This document shows positions 44,614 to 54,423 of a stretch of 64,000 bases of DNA, in pieces. The translations under genes were made by a program, and so were the position numbers. The notes below the pieces were generated by a model that worked only from the letters and a program-made list of their open reading frames with translations, searched no databases and was not told where the DNA came from. This DNA is from Bryobacterales bacterium (GTDB lineage Bacteria > Acidobacteriota > Terriglobia > Bryobacterales > UBA6623): contig OZ244172.1 of assembly GCA_965216545.1 (NCBI GenBank), positions 5,473,625 through 5,537,624 of the forward strand, read 5' to 3'. Position 1 is the first letter of the stretch, and each line of letters begins with the position of its first letter.

Positions 44614-44775
44614 GAGCCCCGCCAGCGATGGCGGGGTGCATCGCAGAACACCAGCACGAGACATCGAACCCCGGCATGGCTGCCGGGGCTCGGAAGGAGG
44701 GCGTGGGAATGCCCGGATGCACACTTCCGACAACGCCACGAAACATCGCACCCCGGCATGGCTGCCGGGGCTCAG
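44614..44775. repeat. composite palindromic (REP-like) element, copy B, with an extra unit
   Basis: gagccccgccagcgatggcggggtgcatcgc - agaacaccagcacgaga - catcgaaccccggcatggctgccggggctcgg, then 50 nt later catcgcaccccggcatggctgccggggctcag. The last unit overlaps the stop of the BON gene. Confidence 0.8.
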
Positions 44776-45080
44776 AAAGTCCGGATCCGGGTCTGGTTGA
44801 CGATCCGCTTGACGCCCTTTTCTTTCTTGACGACCTTGTCGACGCGCTTGCGCATCTTCTCGCTCGAGACGAAGCCGGAGACCGTCACCACTCCGTTGTC
44901 GACTCTGACCTCGAGCGGGCGCGTACCGAGCTCGCGGTCGGTGATGAGCCGCCGGTTGACGGCGTCGTAGAGGGCGTCGTCGGAGACTTCCTCTTCGGCC
45001 GCCCAAGCGAGCGCCGGGAACAGTGGCAAGACGGCGAGCAGGGCGCGTCGCGAGTGCATGCGTCGTCGCACGTCCCTCAT
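44772..45080 (-). CDS. BON-domain protein (secreted)
   Basis: 102 aa. Signal-like ALLAVLPLFPALAWA. LEVRVDNGVVTVSGFVSSEKMRKRVDKVVKKEKGVKRIVN. Confidence 0.75.
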   Translation of the reverse strand: MRDVRRRMHSRRALLAVLPLFPALAWAAEEEVSDDALYDAVNRRLITDRELGTRPLEVRVDNGVVTVSGFVSSEKMRKRVDKVVKKEKGVKRIVNQTRIRTF

Positions 45081-45994
45081 GCTAGCGAATCGTCGTTATC
45101 GTCGCCGAGCCCGTAGCGGTGCTGGTCGAGCGTGTGCATGAAGCCCGGCGCGTCGCGCCAACGGGGCTTGACCTTGACGAAGATCTCGAGGAAGACCTTG
45201 ACGGCGAAGCGGTCCTCGAGCGCTTCTCTCGCCTTCGTCGCTATGCGTTTCATCAGCTCGCCTTGCTTGCCCAACACGATCGCCTTCTGGCCCGACCGCT
45301 CCACGTAGACGGTCGCCGAGAGCCGCAGCAGCCGCGGCGTCTCCTCCCATTTGTCGATCAGCACCGTCGTCGAGTGCGGCACCTCTTGCCGCGTCTCGAT
45401 GAAGATGCGCTCGCGAATCAGCTCGGCGGCGAGAAAGCGCTCGGGCTGGTCGGTGATGTAGTCCTCGGGATAGTACGCCGGAGCCGCCGGCAGGCGCTCC
45501 ATCACCAGGTCGATCAGCTTGTCGACCTGCACGCCCGTGAGCGCGGAGACGGGCACGTACTCCTCGAAGGCGTGCAACGCCTGATACTCCTCGATCTTCG
45601 GCAGGAGGACCTTTTTGTCTTTGAGCTTGTCGACCTTGTTGAGGATCAGGAGTGCAGGGACGCCTAGCGCTTCGACCTTCTTGATGGCGGCCTTGTCGCC
45701 CGCGCCCAGCGATTGGCTGGCGTCGACGACGAGCAGGACGAGATGACAGCCCGAGGCGGCGCGGTCGATCTCGCGCACCATGCGCCGCCCCAGCTCCTGG
45801 CGAGGCGGGTGGATGCCCGGCGAGTCGACGAAGACGATCTGGCCGTCCTTGCGCGAGAGGATGCCCTGGATCGCCTCGCGCGTCGTCTGCGGTTTGGGGC
45901 TTACGATGGAGATCTTCGAGCCCACCATGGCGTTGAGCAAGGTGGACTTGCCCACGTTGGGGCGGCCCAGCACCGCGACGAACCCGGCTTTCAC
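45077..45994 (-). CDS. era: GTPase Era
   Basis: 305 aa. G1 GRPNVGKST, G3 DSPG, NKVD, C-terminal KH domain. ATGA overlap with the BON gene. Confidence 0.95.
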   Translation of the reverse strand: MKAGFVAVLGRPNVGKSTLLNAMVGSKISIVSPKPQTTREAIQGILSRKDGQIVFVDSPGIHPPRQELGRRMVREIDRAASGCHLVLLVVDASQSLGAGDKAAIKKVEALGVPALLILNKVDKLKDKKVLLPKIEEYQALHAFEEYVPVSALTGVQVDKLIDLVMERLPAAPAYYPEDYITDQPERFLAAELIRERIFIETRQEVPHSTTVLIDKWEETPRLLRLSATVYVERSGQKAIVLGKQGELMKRIATKAREALEDRFAVKVFLEIFVKVKPRWRDAPGFMHTLDQHRYGLGDDNDDSLA

Positions 45995-46036
45995 GGCAAC
46001 GCCTCGCGGCGCGTGCCACCGGGCCCGTCGAGCTTC

Positions 46037-47344
46037 CTAGGCCTCATCTCGAGGTTCGTCCTCCGGCTCGTCGGTCCCAGGCTCGTCCTCCGCGGCTTGC
46101 TCGACGCGCCGGATGCAGACCGAGCGTACGCGCCGGTCGTCCGCGCTGAGCACCTCGATGTCAATGCCATCCAGGCGCACGTGCGCGCCGGGGTCGGGCA
46201 CCTGCCCAAGCTGTTCGCACACCAAGCCGCCTACCGTGGTCGATTCGATGTCGTCATCAGGCGTAAAGCCGGCGAGCTCTTCGAGGCGGTCGAGGTCGAG
46301 GTTGCCCGAGGCCACATAGGAGCCGTCCGGCTTGGCGAGCACGTCGCGGTCCGGCTCGCTCTCATCGCGGATCTCGCCCACGATTTCTTCCATCATATCT
46401 TCCATCGTGACCAGGCCGGCGGTCTGCCCGTACTCGTCGATCACGACGGCCATCTGCGCGTTCATGTCTTGAAGCTCGGGCATCAGCTCGCGAATCGGCT
46501 TGGTTTCCGGCACTAGAGTAATGGGGCGGATGAGCTCGCGGATCGGCATCGCGCCGCGCTGCTCGGCGTCGACTTCGAGCGTGTCGCGGCTGTGCACGAA
46601 GCCGACGATGTGGTCGATCGAGCCCTCGTAGACCGGCACGCGCGAGTATTCTTCTTCGATCTGCAGCTTGCGCAAGTCCTCGACCGCGCCTTCGGCTTCG
46701 ATCGCCACCACCTCGGGCCGCGCTGTCATCACCTCGCGAACCGTCTTGTCGCCGAACTCGACCACCGACTGGATGAGCTTGCGGTCTTCGACTCCGATGA
46801 AGCCTTCTTCTTCGCCCACGTCGAGGAAGACCTCGATGTCGTCGTTGCCGTTGCCCGCGCCTTGCTCTTCCGGCTCGTCGCCGCCGAGCTCGGCGACCGA
46901 GTTGACGAAGCGGGTCAGCAAGACCAGCGGTTGGATGGTCCAAGCGAGCACGCGCGCCACGCCGGCGAAGCTCAGCGCCCAGCGGCCCTGCGTGCGTGTG
47001 ATCAGGATGGAGGGAACGATGTGCCCGAAGACCGCCAGCGCGGTGAAGGTGAGCAACAACGCCTCCAGGGCGGCCGCCACGGTCAGTCGCTCTCCTCCGA
47101 CGACGAACAGGCAGTCGACGGCGAGCAGAACCAGCGCGACCTGCTTGAGCATGGCATAGCGCCGCACGCCGTCGCGCTCGGCGATCTTCATACGCGGCAG
47201 GATGGACTCTTCGAAGTACTCGAAGGCGCGCGCTTGCGCGTGCGGCCGGATCCGCAGCGCTTCCACAAACAGCGTATTGAAGTAAGCCGCCAACAGCATC
47301 ACGCCACACAACGCCGCGGCTAGGATGATGGCCGGAACGGTCAT
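46037..47344 (-). CDS. CNNM/TlyC-family protein (DUF21-CBS-CorC_HlyC)
   Basis: 435 aa. N-terminal TM region, CBS pair (VREVMTARPEVVAIE...; AVVIDEYGQTAGLVTMEDMMEEIVGEI), CorC-like C-terminus. Confidence 0.9.
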   Translation of the reverse strand: MTVPAIILAAALCGVMLLAAYFNTLFVEALRIRPHAQARAFEYFEESILPRMKIAERDGVRRYAMLKQVALVLLAVDCLFVVGGERLTVAAALEALLLTFTALAVFGHIVPSILITRTQGRWALSFAGVARVLAWTIQPLVLLTRFVNSVAELGGDEPEEQGAGNGNDDIEVFLDVGEEEGFIGVEDRKLIQSVVEFGDKTVREVMTARPEVVAIEAEGAVEDLRKLQIEEEYSRVPVYEGSIDHIVGFVHSRDTLEVDAEQRGAMPIRELIRPITLVPETKPIRELMPELQDMNAQMAVVIDEYGQTAGLVTMEDMMEEIVGEIRDESEPDRDVLAKPDGSYVASGNLDLDRLEELAGFTPDDDIESTTVGGLVCEQLGQVPDPGAHVRLDGIDIEVLSADDRRVRSVCIRRVEQAAEDEPGTDEPEDEPRDEA

Positions 47345-47799
47345 GATGCGACTCGCTCGATCAAGCCTTGCGCGAGCCCATGCTTGCGTCGCAAGCGGGT
47401 CTCTTCAGCTTGCATGCGCCCGCCGTCGGACTGATGATCGTAGCCGAGCAGATGTAGAAAGCCGTGCAGGATGAGGGTCTTGACCTCGCTCTCCACCGAG
47501 TGGCCGTAGTCCCGTGCTTGGCGCTCGGCGCGCGCGGCGGAGATGAGGATGTCGCCCAGGCGGCCGTCTTCGCCGTCGGGGAACGAGAGCACGTCCGTCG
47601 AGCTCCGCTTGCCGCGGAAACGGGCGTTGGTCGTGCGCACGTAGGCGTCGGAGGCGACCAGCACGGCCACTTCGCGGCCCGGCGCCTCAGCCTCGCTCAG
47701 CCTGGCGAGGAAGCGCTCGATTTCGTGATCGCGGAGAGGAACCTTGCGCTGGCGGTTGCGGTACCAACAACAAGGGCCGTCGGAGGAATCTGATCCCAT
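47341..47799 (-). CDS. ybeY: rRNA maturation RNase YbeY
   Basis: 152 aa. HGFLHLLGYDH zinc motif. 4-nt overlap with the downstream CNNM gene. Confidence 0.9.
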   Translation of the reverse strand: MGSDSSDGPCCWYRNRQRKVPLRDHEIERFLARLSEAEAPGREVAVLVASDAYVRTTNARFRGKRSSTDVLSFPDGEDGRLGDILISAARAERQARDYGHSVESEVKTLILHGFLHLLGYDHQSDGGRMQAEETRLRRKHGLAQGLIERVAS

Positions 47800-47808
47800 C
47801 GTTCTCGT

Positions 47809-48834
47809 TTAGGAGGTTGGCGTCTGCTCGGGCGGCTCGGGCGGCGCATCGTCGGTGGACAGCGCCTCGCCGGGTTGGCGAAACAAGCCCCTCTGATTAT
47901 AGCGGTCGTAGGCGCGGATGATGCGCGCGACCAGGTCATGGCGAACGACGTCCTTGTCGTTGAAATAGACGAACGAAAGGCCGTCGACGCCGCTGAGGAT
48001 GTCGATGGCGTCGAGCAGGCCGCTGCGCTTGCCCTCGGGCAGATCGATCTGCGTGACATCTCCGGTGACGACGGCGCGCGAGCCGAAGCCCAAGCGCGTG
48101 ATGAACATCTTCATCTGCTCGGAGGTGGCGTTCTGCGCCTCGTCGAGGATGATGAAGCTCTCGTTGAGCGAACGGCCGCGCATGAAGGCCAACGGCGCGA
48201 TCTCGATGACGTTCTTCTCGATGAGCTTCTCGACGCGGTCGGCGTCGAGCATGTCATAGAGCGCGTCATAGAGCGGCCGCAGGTACGGGTCGATCTTCTG
48301 TTGGAGCGTACCGGGAAGAAACCCCAAGCGCTCCCCGGCCTCGACGGCTGGTCGCGCCAGGATGATGCGGCGAACTTGTTTGTTGAGCAGGCAGCTCACG
48401 CCTTGCGCGACGGCCAGGTATGTCTTGCCCGTGCCGGCCGGGCCGACGCCGAAGACCATGTCGCAGCGGTCCATCGCCTCGAAGTAGCGCATCTGGTTGA
48501 GGCTGCGGGGCGCCAGCGATTTGCGGCCGGCGAGGCGCTGACGGCTCGTGAGCGCCAGATTGCGGAAGCTGACCTCGGGATCCTCGGCGACGACCTTCAA
48601 AAAGCCCATGATGTCTCCGTTGGCGAACTTGTGGCCTTCGCGAACCAGGCTTTCGTAGTCGGCGATGATGTTCTGCGCGCGTCGCACCCTCTCGGGCTGC
48701 CCGGCGATCTCGAGGCTGTCGGCAAGCAGATGGGTCTTGACCTCGAGCGCGTCTTCGAGAAAACGGATGTTCTCGTCGCGAGTCCCGAACAGCGTTTCGA
48801 TCCCGTGCGGCAGGGTGACTTGGGCTGTGGTCAA
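47809..48834 (-). CDS. phoH: PhoH-family ATPase
   Basis: GPAGTGKTYLAVA, ILDEAQNAT. Start uncertain: TTG 48834 is chosen to avoid overlap with panE, whereas the track uses TTG 48945. Confidence 0.88.
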   Translation of the reverse strand: MTTAQVTLPHGIETLFGTRDENIRFLEDALEVKTHLLADSLEIAGQPERVRRAQNIIADYESLVREGHKFANGDIMGFLKVVAEDPEVSFRNLALTSRQRLAGRKSLAPRSLNQMRYFEAMDRCDMVFGVGPAGTGKTYLAVAQGVSCLLNKQVRRIILARPAVEAGERLGFLPGTLQQKIDPYLRPLYDALYDMLDADRVEKLIEKNVIEIAPLAFMRGRSLNESFIILDEAQNATSEQMKMFITRLGFGSRAVVTGDVTQIDLPEGKRSGLLDAIDILSGVDGLSFVYFNDKDVVRHDLVARIIRAYDRYNQRGLFRQPGEALSTDDAPPEPPEQTPTS

Positions 48835-48907
48835 GAGGCGGGGCGGCGCATGGGGCGGGGGAGAGCTCGCGCCTTCGACTCGACTATATCCAAGGGTTGC
48901 GCGGGAG

Positions 48908-49897
48908 TCAATCCGCCGACTTGCGTCGTTGCATCTCGGTTTCAAACAGCAGCTTGGCGGCGGCGTAGATGGTTTCGAGCGTGGGCGCGGGGACGTGGCG
49001 CGCGCGGGCGAGCTCGAGCACGGCGCCGGTAATGGGGTCGAGCTCGGGCGCCTTACCGGCTTCGAAGTCTTGCAACATCGATGTGCGGTGCGCGCCGGCG
49101 GCGCGCGAGCCTTCGAGCCGTCTCTCGACTGAGAACGAGATTTGGACGCCGACGGCCGCGGCGGTGGCGTGAGCCTCTTCCATCGCGCGCCGCAATGCCG
49201 CGTAGACCCCCGGGTCGTCGAGCATCTCGCGCATGCTGGCGCGGGTGAGCGCGCTCATCGGGTTGTAGGCGGCGTTGCCGATGAGCTTGACCCACAGCTC
49301 ATGGCGAATGTCGTTGCGCAGCGGAGCCTTCAGGCCGCCGTCGACCAGTGATTGGGAGAACGCTTTGGCGCGTTCGGTGCGCTCGCCCGAGGGCTCGCCC
49401 ATCGGGAAGCGGTTGCCCTCGGTGTGCAGGATCAGCCCGGGCTGGGGGACCGTGCACGAGATGTAGGCGATGCCGCCGATGGCGCGCTCGGGCGGCAGGT
49501 GTTGCGCGACGGCGCCGCCGGGATCGACCGATTCGAGCCGCGTCCCGGCTTCTCCCTCGACGCCGTGGAAGTACCACCACGGCAGGCCGTTCTGGCAGGA
49601 GACCACGGCGGTGGAGGCCCCGAGCAGGGGAGCGCACAACGGCGCGATGGCGGGCAGGCTCGTCGCCTTGACGCCGAGCAAGAGGTAGTCGACCGGGCCG
49701 ATCTCGGAGGGCTCGGCGGTGGCTTGGAGGTCGTAGCAAGCGTGGCCGAACAGCGCGCTGTCGACGCGCAGGCCTCCGGACTGGATCGCTCGCAGATGCT
49801 CTCCGCGGGCGATCAGAGCGACTTCGTGGCCGGCCTCGGCGAGGCGGCCAGCGAGAAAGGCTCCGATCGCGCCGGCGCCGTAGACGGCGATCTTCAT
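48908..49897 (-). CDS. panE: 2-dehydropantoate 2-reductase (ketopantoate reductase family)
   Basis: Start reset to MKIAVYGAGAIGAFLAGRLAEAGHEV (Rossmann GxGxxG). The upstream ORF part has no support. Confidence 0.8.
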   Translation of the reverse strand: MKIAVYGAGAIGAFLAGRLAEAGHEVALIARGEHLRAIQSGGLRVDSALFGHACYDLQATAEPSEIGPVDYLLLGVKATSLPAIAPLCAPLLGASTAVVSCQNGLPWWYFHGVEGEAGTRLESVDPGGAVAQHLPPERAIGGIAYISCTVPQPGLILHTEGNRFPMGEPSGERTERAKAFSQSLVDGGLKAPLRNDIRHELWVKLIGNAAYNPMSALTRASMREMLDDPGVYAALRRAMEEAHATAAAVGVQISFSVERRLEGSRAAGAHRTSMLQDFEAGKAPELDPITGAVLELARARHVPAPTLETIYAAAKLLFETEMQRRKSAD

Positions 49898-49986
49898 CTC
49901 GAGCTCGTCGGGACCGCGGGGGAAGCAGCAACCAGGCCGCGGAATTGCCAACGATACCACAGGGCCGCGCAAGCAAATATTTATCG

Positions 49987-50015
49987 TTAACAGAGCGATG
50001 CCGAGCAGGTATACT
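49987..50015 (+). promoter_or_regulatory. sigma70-like promoter, near-leaderless, for the second PSD1 gene
   Basis: TTAACA - 17 nt - TATACT. Only 9 nt separate the -10 from the ATG at 50025, and there is no SD. The alternative ATG at 49998 lies inside the spacer. Confidence 0.45.
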
Positions 50016-50024
50016 AAAGGGCGC

Positions 50025-52829
50025 ATGATCTGGATTCGCGCTCTGGTTCTGACAACCGTGGCGGCGGCCTCCGTGGCGGCTCAAACTTCTGAAAACAAAG
50101 AGTTTTTCGAGAAAAAGGTACGCCCTCTTTTTGTCGCGAAATGTCAGGCTTGCCATAGTGCGCAACTTGCGACAGCCGAGCTCGATCTCTCGAGCGCGGA
50201 AGGCTTCGTCAACGGCGGCGCCAGCGGTCCTCTGATCGATCGAGAACGCCCGTCGGAAAGCGCGCTGCTGAAGGTTGTCCGCTACGACGAAAAGCTCAAG
50301 ATGCCCCCGATGGGCAAGCTCGCCGACGACGAAATCGAGTTGCTCGAGCAGTGGGTCCGCAGCGGCGCGCACTGGCCCGGCGCCGAGCAAGTCCAGCTCG
50401 CCGCGCACGACGAAACGGCCGGCTTCACTGTAGAGCAAAAACAGTGGTGGGCGTTCCAGCCGGTCGCCGATCCCGCGCCGCCAGCGGTCGAGGATGAATC
50501 GTGGGTCGCTTCGCCCATCGACCGCTTCATCCTGGCGAAGCTCGAGCAGAAGGGCCTCGAGCCTGCAGCCAGCGCGGAGAAAACGACGTTGCTGCGCCGG
50601 GTCTTCTACGACCTGACCGGCCTGCCGCCCACGCAACCCGACCTCGAGGCGTTTCTGGCTGACGAGTCGCCGCGAGCCTTCGAGCGCGTCGTCGACCGGC
50701 TGCTCGACTCGCCGCGCTACGGCGAGCGCTGGGGCCGCCATTGGCTCAACGTCGCGCGCTACGCCGACTCGACCGGCAACGACGAGGACCACCGCTACCC
50801 CTACGCCTACCGCTACCGCGACTACGTGATCGAGGCGTTCAATCGCGACATGCCCTTCGACCAGTTCGTTCGCGAGCAGATCGCCGGCGACCTGCTGCCG
50901 GCCGAGGACGGCGCGGCGGTCAACGAGCGCGGCATCGTAGCCACCGGCTTCTTGGCGCTGGGGCCGAAAGCCGTCGCGCAGCAAGACAAGACGAAGATGC
51001 TCTACGACGTCTACGACGAGCAGATCGACGTCGTCTCGAAGGCGATGCTCGGCATGACGCTCTCCTGCGCGCGCTGCCACGACCACAAGTTCGATCCCCT
51101 GCGGCAAGCCGACTATTACGCGCTCGCCGGCGTGTTCGCCAACACGCGCAGCTTCGGCGATCCCTCGACGCACGTCTCGAAGCTGCTCTTCAAGCCGCTC
51201 GTCCCGCCCGCGGATTGGGAGCGTTACGAGGCGCACCAAGAGACAATTCGCAAACGCAAGTTCGAGCTCGACAACCTGGCCGACATCGAGATCGAGCAGC
51301 ACGTCGAAACGCTGGCGCCGCAAGTCGCCGAGTACATGCTGGCCGCGCATCGGGTCTACGCCGGCGGCCAGGATGCGGCGTCGGTCGCCGCCGAGGAGGA
51401 TCTGGACGCCGACGTTCTGGCCAAATGGGCGGAGTACCTCAAGCCGAGCCAGACCGCGCGCGCCCACATGGCCGAGTGGGACAACGCGACCGACGCCAAC
51501 CGGGCCGCCGCGGCGGAGAGATTCCAGGCCAGCTTCAACGAGACGCTCGCCGCCTGGTACAAGCGGCTCCGCCAATGGCGCAAGGAGGCCGACCGGCCGG
51601 CGGAAGAGATTACGATGGGCATCCCGGCCAAGCCGCGCTTCGAGCCGGGGCAGAACCGCTTCTTCTACGAAGCGCTGCTGGCGAGAAAAGGGGCGCCGCT
51701 CTCGTTCTCCGATGAGGCGAGTAAGGAAAAGATCCTGAAGGCGGAGACCAAGCGCCGCATCGCCGAGCTCGAGCGGGAGGTGCGGCAGCTCGAAGACGAA
51801 GCTCCAGCCGAGCCCGCGCGGGCCTGCGCGGTGGAAGACAAGCCGGCGCAGGAACGGGTCGAGCAGACGGTCTTCATCCGCGGCGACTACAACGCCCACG
51901 GCGAAGCGACGCCGTTACGATTCCCGGCTATCTTCGAGGGCTTCGATCAGCCGCCGGTTGCGACCCAAGGCAGCGGGCGCCTCGAGCTTGCTCGCTGGAT
52001 CGCCTCGGACGACAATCCGCTGACCGCGCGCGTGATCGTCAACCGCGTCTGGCAGGGGCGCTTTGGCGATGGCCTGGTGCGCACCCCGGATAACTTCGGC
52101 AAGACGGGCGAGCCGCCAACGCATCCCGAGCTGCTCGACTGGCTCACCAGCCGCTTTCTCGAGGACGGCTGGTCGATCAAGAAGCTGCACAAGCGAATCC
52201 TGATGACGGCGGTCTACCGGCAGTCGAGCGAGTTGAGCGAATCCAAGGCGCTGGCCGATCCAGAGAACCGCCTGCTCAGCCGTTTCACCCGGCGACGCCT
52301 GGATGTGGAAGAGATTCGCGATGGGCTGCTGCGAGTCGACGGTTCGATTGACTTGACCGCGGGCGGCACCATGCAGGACGGCTTCGGCACCGACGGCGAG
52401 AACTCGAACAACCGGCTCTCGGTCAACCCCGACGAGCAGGTGCGGCGCACGGTCTATCTGCCGCTGCGGCGAGCGAATCTGCCGGCGCTGCTCAACCTGT
52501 TCGACTTTGGCGACGCGGCGACGGTGATGGGCAAGCGCCCGGCAACCAACGTCGCGCCGCAAGCGTTGTTCATGATGAACTCGGAGTTCGTCGCCGAGCG
52601 GGCACGGAACCTTGCTTCGCAGTTGATCGAGGAGAGCGACGAATCGCAACGGGTGCGCAACGCTTACCTGCGGACGCTCAATCGCGCGCCGGGCGCGGCG
52701 GAGGTCGACGATGCGCTGAGCTACATCGCTTCGGTGCGCAAGAAGTTCGGCGAGCTCGAAGAGCTGGACGCCTGGCAGAGCTACTGCCGCATCTTGATGG
52801 CGTCGAACCAGTTCATCTACGTGGATTGA
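50025..52829 (+). CDS. PSCyt/DUF1549/DUF1553 (PSD1-type) protein
   Basis: MIWIRALVLTTVAAASVAAQ signal peptide. FFEKKVRPLFVAKCQACHS heme motif; CARCHDHKFDP; DUF1553-like C-terminus NQFIYVD. Confidence 0.9.
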   Translation: MIWIRALVLTTVAAASVAAQTSENKEFFEKKVRPLFVAKCQACHSAQLATAELDLSSAEGFVNGGASGPLIDRERPSESALLKVVRYDEKLKMPPMGKLADDEIELLEQWVRSGAHWPGAEQVQLAAHDETAGFTVEQKQWWAFQPVADPAPPAVEDESWVASPIDRFILAKLEQKGLEPAASAEKTTLLRRVFYDLTGLPPTQPDLEAFLADESPRAFERVVDRLLDSPRYGERWGRHWLNVARYADSTGNDEDHRYPYAYRYRDYVIEAFNRDMPFDQFVREQIAGDLLPAEDGAAVNERGIVATGFLALGPKAVAQQDKTKMLYDVYDEQIDVVSKAMLGMTLSCARCHDHKFDPLRQADYYALAGVFANTRSFGDPSTHVSKLLFKPLVPPADWERYEAHQETIRKRKFELDNLADIEIEQHVETLAPQVAEYMLAAHRVYAGGQDAASVAAEEDLDADVLAKWAEYLKPSQTARAHMAEWDNATDANRAAAAERFQASFNETLAAWYKRLRQWRKEADRPAEEITMGIPAKPRFEPGQNRFFYEALLARKGAPLSFSDEASKEKILKAETKRRIAELEREVRQLEDEAPAEPARACAVEDKPAQERVEQTVFIRGDYNAHGEATPLRFPAIFEGFDQPPVATQGSGRLELARWIASDDNPLTARVIVNRVWQGRFGDGLVRTPDNFGKTGEPPTHPELLDWLTSRFLEDGWSIKKLHKRILMTAVYRQSSELSESKALADPENRLLSRFTRRRLDVEEIRDGLLRVDGSIDLTAGGTMQDGFGTDGENSNNRLSVNPDEQVRRTVYLPLRRANLPALLNLFDFGDAATVMGKRPATNVAPQALFMMNSEFVAERARNLASQLIEESDESQRVRNAYLRTLNRAPGAAEVDDALSYIASVRKKFGELEELDAWQSYCRILMASNQFIYVD

Positions 52830-52837
52830 AACGAGAC

Positions 52838-54289
52838 ATGGAATCGCGGCACAAATACAACCAGCTTCTGCGGCGTAACTGGACCAAGCCGATGTCCCGC
52901 CGGGCGCTTTTGCGCGACGGAGCCCTAGGCTTTGGCGCGCTCGGCTTGACGGGCTTGTTGGCCGACCAGGGCCTCGCGAAGCCGAAAGCTAATCCGCTCG
53001 ATCCGCGCGAGCCGCACTTCGCGCCGCGCGCCAAGCAGGTGATCTTTCTGTTCATGCATGGCGGGCCGTCCTCGGTCGACACCTTCGATCCCAAGCCGTA
53101 TCTCTACCGCAACCATGGCAAGCCGCTGCCGATCAAGCGGCCGCTGGCGTTCGCTGATGAAGAAGCGGGACCGTTGATGCAGCCGCAGTGGGAGTTCAAG
53201 CCCGGCGGCCAGAGCGGCATCCCCGTCAGCGATCTCTTCCCGCACGTACGCAACCAAGTCGACAAGCTGTGCTTCATTCGCTCGATGCTGGGCGAGGGCG
53301 TGGACCACGGCGCGGCGTTGCTGCAGACCTTTACCGGCTCGAGCACGTTCACGCGGCCGTCGATGGGCTCCTGGACGGTTTACGGCCTCGGCTCGGAGAA
53401 TAGGGATCTGCCCGGCTACATCACGATCAAGCCGGCGCTCTCGCACGGCGGCGCGAAGAATTGGTCTTCGGCGTTCCTGCCCGGCGCCTACCAAGGCACG
53501 GCGATCGGACATGCGGGTCTGAAAGTCGATGACATCCGCGGCGAGCCGATCGAGTACCTGGTCAACCGCGGGCTAACGCCGGAGCAGCAGCGCTACGAGC
53601 TCGACATGCTGCAAGCGATCAACCGCCGGCACGCCCAGATGCACGAGCACGATCCGCAGCTCGAGGCGCGCATCGAAGCGTTCGAGCTGGCCTTCCGCAT
53701 GCAAGTGCAGGCGCCGGAGGCCTTCGAGGTCGAGCGCGAGTCCGAAGCGACCAAGAAGCTCTACGGGCTCGAAGACCCAACGACGTCGGACTTTGCCTGG
53801 CAATGCATCCTGGCGCGGCGGCTGGCTGAGCGCGGCGTGCGCTTCGTGCAATGCACGCACTCCTACAAGTGGGACCAGCACTCGGACCTGGTCAACAAGC
53901 ACACCTCCAACGCGGCCGAGGTCGACAAGCCGATCGCGGGCTTGATCGCCGACCTGAGCTCACGCGGCATGCTCGAAGACACGCTGGTGATCTGGGCGGG
54001 CGAGTTCGGGCGCACGCCGGTCTCGCAAGGCGGGGACGGGCGCGACCACAACCCCTACGGCTACACGATCTGGATGGCCGGAGGCGGGCTCAAAGCCGGC
54101 TTCACCTACGGCGCGACCGACGAGATCGGCTACCACGCCGTAGAGAACCGCATGCACATCCACGACTTCCACGCCACCGTGCTGCACCTGCTCGGCATGG
54201 ACCACGAGAAGCTGACGTATCACTTCTCGGGCCGGGATTTTCGGCTGACCGACGTGGCCGGGAACGTGCACCACGACATCTTCGCCTGA
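52838..54289 (+). CDS. DUF1501 (sulfatase-fold) protein with Tat signal
   Basis: MSRRALLRDGALGFGALGL twin-arginine motif. [27 protein letters not shown]. Follows the PSD1 stop by 8 nt. Confidence 0.9.
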   Translation: MESRHKYNQLLRRNWTKPMSRRALLRDGALGFGALGLTGLLADQGLAKPKANPLDPREPHFAPRAKQVIFLFMHGGPSSVDTFDPKPYLYRNHGKPLPIKRPLAFADEEAGPLMQPQWEFKPGGQSGIPVSDLFPHVRNQVDKLCFIRSMLGEGVDHGAALLQTFTGSSTFTRPSMGSWTVYGLGSENRDLPGYITIKPALSHGGAKNWSSAFLPGAYQGTAIGHAGLKVDDIRGEPIEYLVNRGLTPEQQRYELDMLQAINRRHAQMHEHDPQLEARIEAFELAFRMQVQAPEAFEVERESEATKKLYGLEDPTTSDFAWQCILARRLAERGVRFVQCTHSYKWDQHSDLVNKHTSNAAEVDKPIAGLIADLSSRGMLEDTLVIWAGEFGRTPVSQGGDGRDHNPYGYTIWMAGGGLKAGFTYGATDEIGYHAVENRMHIHDFHATVLHLLGMDHEKLTYHFSGRDFRLTDVAGNVHHDIFA

Positions 54290-54423
54290 TCGGCGGGGCT
54301 GTCATTGCACGCAGACCTGGTCGAACCAGAACTCTTGCCCGGCAGGACGCAGAGTCTCCAACCCTGTCCCCGCTCGAATGGCCAGGTTCAGCCGGCGGCA
54401 TGTGCCCGGAACGTACCTCTTCC

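Noticed and set aside
44628-45116. 162-aa plus-strand ORF and similar short ORFs encoding 'PGMAAG' peptides (also 54302-54487, 60312-60593)
   Set aside because: These are translations of the REP-like repeat units or antisense to the BON and era genes, not independent genes.
49299-51899. 866-aa minus-strand ORF spanning panE and the second PSD1 gene
   Set aside because: It crosses a divergent promoter region and two well-supported genes. The translation is Arg-rich low complexity, so it is a shadow ORF.
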